DNA of 63,988 nt from Candidatus Atribacteria bacterium. Its GTDB lineage: Bacteria; Atribacterota; Phoenicimicrobiia; Phoenicimicrobiales; Stramentimicrobiaceae. A program made the position numbers and the translations under genes. This document shows positions 60,902 to 63,988 of the stretch, in pieces (position 1 is the first letter of the stretch; the number at the start of each line of letters is the position of its first letter). The stretch covers positions 1 through 63,988 of the forward strand of contig JAKQEP010000029.1 of NCBI GenBank assembly GCA_029556475.1, written 5' to 3'. A model generated the notes under the pieces. That model was not told the origin of the DNA. It searched no databases and worked only from the letters and a program-made list of their open reading frames with translations.

Positions 60902-61918
60902 ATGATAAAAGAGAATACTAAAAAACAGGATTTGTTATGGTATGTTTTGATTGTGGTACTACTTCTAGTGCCCTTTATTCCGCAGGTTGCTGCTAATAGC
61001 TTTACTCAACATGTTTTTATTCTGATTCTATTATATGCCAGCATGTCACAGGCCTGGAATATTATTGGTGGCTATTGTGGACAGGTTTCCTTCGGGCATT
61101 CCGTCTTTTTTGGCATAGGGGCATATGGGGCGGGAATGGCCGTGGTTAAATTTGGAATTACTCCCTGGCCTGGAATTATCATCGGTTCGTTATTAGCGAT
61201 GGTTGTAGCAGTTCTTATCAGTTATCCCTGTTTTAAATTGAAAGGCCATTATTTTGCTATTGCTACCTTTGCAATTGTAGAGATTTTTAACCGACTTTTT
61301 ATGGTCTGGTATTGGGTTAACGGTGCTCTGGGTTTGGATTATCCTATGGTAAAGACTGGATGGACAAATTTTGTATGGTATAGAACAAAAATTCCTTATT
61401 ATTATGGGGCCTTAATACTCTTTACAACTATTTTTAGTATTGTACGTTTTATTGAAAGGAATCGCTTTGGATATTATTTGAGAGCGGTGAGAGAAGACCA
61501 GGAGACAGCCGAGGCAACAGGCATCAACAGTACCTTTATAAAATTATCTGCCATGGCACTCTCAGCCTTTTTAGCATCCTTTTGTGGAGCCTTTTTTGTA
61601 CAATATAATTTTCGGGTAGACCCACCAATGGTGATGTCACTTCAGGTGTCAATGGTTTTTGTCCTGGTTACCATCCTGGGCGGTGCTGGTACTTTGTTTG
61701 GACCTCTATTGGGTGCCCTGATTTTGATTCCTCTTCAAGAATATACGCGGGTATTATGGGGAGGTCTGGGAAGAGGAACCGATCTTATGTTATTTGGTTT
61801 TCTAATCGTTTTGATTATGGTGAGGCAACCAAAGGGCATTATGGGGCTTATTAATGAATATTTAAATTATAGAAAGACTAGAAAAATCATTTCTGCTCAA
61901 CCAGAGATTAATTCTTAG
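60902..61918 (+). CDS. livM: Branched-chain amino-acid ABC permease LivM-like
   Basis: Block GGYCGQVSFGHSVFFGIGAY. Confidence 0.85.
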   Translation: MIKENTKKQDLLWYVLIVVLLLVPFIPQVAANSFTQHVFILILLYASMSQAWNIIGGYCGQVSFGHSVFFGIGAYGAGMAVVKFGITPWPGIIIGSLLAMVVAVLISYPCFKLKGHYFAIATFAIVEIFNRLFMVWYWVNGALGLDYPMVKTGWTNFVWYRTKIPYYYGALILFTTIFSIVRFIERNRFGYYLRAVREDQETAEATGINSTFIKLSAMALSAFLASFCGAFFVQYNFRVDPPMVMSLQVSMVFVLVTILGGAGTLFGPLLGALILIPLQEYTRVLWGGLGRGTDLMLFGFLIVLIMVRQPKGIMGLINEYLNYRKTRKIISAQPEINS

Positions 61919-61932
61919 GGAGGTAATATATA

Positions 61933-62688
61933 TTGCCCTTATTAGAAGTTTGTGAAATAAGTAAAAAATTTGGCTCTCTGGTAGCAAATAGCAAGATATC
62001 TTTCAAGGTAGAAGAGGGAAATATTGTAGGTTTGATTGGTCCGAATGGAGCAGGTAAGACCACGCTGTTTAACTGCATCACCGGTATATATAAGCCCAGC
62101 GAGGGGAAAGTGTTTTTTGACGGTTCAGATATTACTAATTTACCCCCCTATAAAGTAGCTCGCCTTGGTGCGGTGCGTACATTTCAGATTGTCCATTCCC
62201 TTAAAGAGATGTCTGTCTTTGATAATGTGTTAATCGGGGCATATCTGAGGGAAAGAAATACAGAAAAAGCAAGAGAAATGGCCAATCAGTGTATAGATAT
62301 TTGTTATTTGACTAAAATAAAAAATACCAGAGCGGGCGATTTAGCTATAGGGCATAAAAAAAGACTGGAGCTGGCCAGAGCCCTGGCTACCAGTCCAAAA
62401 TTATTAATGTTAGATGAGTGTATGGCAGGTCTTACTTCTACCGAAGTGAATGAATCTGTGAGTTTAATAAAGAGTTTAAAGAAAAAAGGGATTACTTTTC
62501 TGATAGTTGAACATATTATGGAGGCGATTATGCCTATTGCTGACAAGGTGGTGGTACTTAATGGAGGATTAAAGATAGCAGAAGATCATCCAGAAGTAGT
62601 GGTACATCAGGAGAGTGTTATCGAAGCTTATTTGGGTCAAAAATATAGTAAAAAATTTCAGCTTGCTGCCAAGGGGAGGAATATATAA
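61933..62688 (+). CDS. livG: ABC ATPase LivG-like
   Basis: TTG start behind GGGAGG. Walker A GPNGAGKTT and an LMLDE block. Confidence 0.9.
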   Translation: MPLLEVCEISKKFGSLVANSKISFKVEEGNIVGLIGPNGAGKTTLFNCITGIYKPSEGKVFFDGSDITNLPPYKVARLGAVRTFQIVHSLKEMSVFDNVLIGAYLRERNTEKAREMANQCIDICYLTKIKNTRAGDLAIGHKKRLELARALATSPKLLMLDECMAGLTSTEVNESVSLIKSLKKKGITFLIVEHIMEAIMPIADKVVVLNGGLKIAEDHPEVVVHQESVIEAYLGQKYSKKFQLAAKGRNI

Positions 62689-62691
62689 AGT

Positions 62692-63408
62692 ATGTCTGAA
62701 ACTATATTAGAAGTTGATAATATTAATTGTGCCTATGATAATGTACCGGTTATATTTGGTGTATCTTTTGAAGTTAAAGAAAAAGAGCTGGTTGCTATTG
62801 TGGGGGCTAACGGTGCTGGAAAAAGTACCATTATGAAGACTATTGCCGGTTTAGTACATCCCAAAAAAGGTGCCATTAAATATAAAGGTAAAGATATATC
62901 TCATTTACCGGCTAATATGATTCTTCGTAGAGGTATCAGTTATATACCTGAGGGGCGAAGATTATTTGCCAAATTAACCGTAGTAGAAAATCTTGAATTG
63001 GGAGCATATATTGAAAATGACCGGGGAGAAATTGAAAAGAGAAAAAAGGAAATTTTGAAACTCTTTCCCATATTGGAAGAGAGAAGGAAACAGATTGCTG
63101 AAACCTTAAGTGGTGGCGAACAGCAGATGCTTTCCATTGCCAGAGGTTTGATGTCCAAGCCTGAGTTATTAATGCTGGATGAACTTTCTTTAGGACTGAT
63201 GCCATCTTTGGTAGAAAGTGTTATGGAGACCATTGTCAGAATAAAGCAGCAGGGGACAACTATATTGATGGTAGAACAGAAAGTACAAGAAGCTTTGGAG
63301 ATTGCTAACCGCGGATACGTAATACAAACCGGGAAAATTGTTCAGGCAGGTAGCTCTCAGGAACTGCTCAACTCTGATGAAGTGAAAAAAGCATATCTGG
63401 GAATGTAA
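62692..63408 (+). CDS. livF: ABC ATPase LivF-like
   Basis: Walker A GANGAGKST and signature LSGGEQQML, with the C-terminus KAYLGM. Confidence 0.9.
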   Translation: MSETILEVDNINCAYDNVPVIFGVSFEVKEKELVAIVGANGAGKSTIMKTIAGLVHPKKGAIKYKGKDISHLPANMILRRGISYIPEGRRLFAKLTVVENLELGAYIENDRGEIEKRKKEILKLFPILEERRKQIAETLSGGEQQMLSIARGLMSKPELLMLDELSLGLMPSLVESVMETIVRIKQQGTTILMVEQKVQEALEIANRGYVIQTGKIVQAGSSQELLNSDEVKKAYLGM

Positions 63409-63424
63409 AAATAGAATAAATCAT

Positions 63425-63643
63425 TTGTTACAAACTATTGATATTGAGTCCGGTGCTGTAAAGGACACTTTCTGGCCACCAGGTGAGGCATTTTGCATTT
63501 TCTTTGGAGTAACACCGGCCAGTTACGGTGATGAGGTAAGGGCAGCAAGTGCGGTAAATATCTTTGGTAAGATTACAGGTGATGCTAAAGCTTTAAAGAA
63601 AGTAAGACAGGGTGCTAAAATCAGGATAGAAAAGAGTAATTAA
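63425..63643 (+). pseudogene. C-terminal fragment of a cyclophilin-like (TM1367 / PF04126-type) protein
   Basis: This 72-aa TTG-initiated ORF has no SD. FWPPGEAFCIFFGVTPAS...AASAVNIFGKITGDAKALKKVRQGAKIRIE matches only the C-terminal half of the roughly 125-aa family, as I recall it. Confidence 0.5.
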
Positions 63644-63730
63644 TTATTATTATCTGATAATTCAGCGTATATTTTATTTGAAATTTCGAAAAATATTGTA
63701 TTATATTTGACTTTTCTAAATTAATCATTA

Positions 63731-63751
63731 AAATTGTTATTAAATAACAAT
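63731..63751. promoter_or_regulatory. Perfect 10-1-10 palindrome upstream of the lysine riboswitch (candidate protein operator)
   Basis: AATTGTTATT-A-AATAACAATT. Confidence 0.3.
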
Positions 63752-63784
63752 TGAATATGGTATACCTCACTTTTTATCCAAAGT

Positions 63785-63968
63785 GAGGTAGAGGCGCGAA
63801 CGATCAAGAGTACTGATAGGGAGCCCTGAGTAGCATTGAACTATCAGAAAAGGGATCTTCGCCGAAGTCTCAAGAGCAACACTCACCAGGCTTGAGGCTG
63901 GGACTATGGTTAACAACCATAGTACTGTCATTGGAGAATACTCCCATTTTCCAATGAAGCGCTATCTC
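63785..63968 (+). promoter_or_regulatory. Lysine riboswitch (L-box) aptamer; downstream gene lies beyond the window
   Basis: Conserved L-box blocks are present: GGTAGAGGCGCGAAC, CAAGAGTA, GAAAAGGGA, TCGCCGAAG, GGCTGGG, ACTGTCA and GGAGAA. P1 closes with GCGCTATCTC. Confidence 0.85.
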
Positions 63969-63988
63969 ATCGATACGAGATAAAAGGG

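Overview
The window is an AT-rich bacterial chromosome segment. Bacterial origin is shown by a T-box leader, FMN and lysine riboswitches, murI and operon organisation. The gene content looks anaerobic and fermentative: Fe-ADH, buk/ptb, a 2-oxoacid:ferredoxin oxidoreductase and a class I Fe-S hydro-lyase. I call about 60 protein genes, mostly on the + strand, one tRNA-Ser and three cis-regulatory RNAs. Layout, left to right: (1) 0.2-9.3 kb is housekeeping (atypical thioredoxin plus MarR, CCA-adding enzyme, AAE-type transporter, PIG-L-like protein, FMN riboswitch-ribU, UPF0182 membrane protein, phosphoesterase). (2) 9.4-34.6 kb is the most unusual part. It is a LacI-flanked accessory catabolic island holding three SDRs, two divergent split transketolases, an E3-less acetoin/pyruvate-type E1ab-E2 complex, a Liv-type ABC importer, an Fe-ADH, an Asp/Glu-racemase-fold protein, an archaeal-type (type II) GAPDH plus archaeal-type PGK, and an orphan LarA homolog. 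Two gene-free AT-rich spacers of about 1.6 and 1.8 kb interrupt it. (3) 35-38.3 kb carries GntR, a two-subunit Fe-S hydro-lyase (fumarase/tartrate dehydratase type) and malic enzyme. (4) 38.3-42.1 kb has a consensus promoter and a Ser-type T-box driving archease-rtcB-serS, followed by tRNA-Ser(UGA). (5) 42.1-53.5 kb has murI, then a peptide-utilisation cluster (SSS symporter with small membrane ORFs, divergent M19-like protein, TPR protein, AstE/AspA-like protein, Dpp/Opp ABC system). (6) 53.7-63.4 kb has buk-ptb, a three-subunit 2-oxoacid:ferredoxin oxidoreductase and a second Liv ABC system, consistent with branched-chain amino-acid fermentation. (7) At the right edge are a truncated cyclophilin-like remnant and a lysine riboswitch whose downstream gene is cut off. 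No CRISPR array, transposase, integrase or recognisable defence system was seen. All family assignments come from motif recognition by eye and memory, not from database searches.
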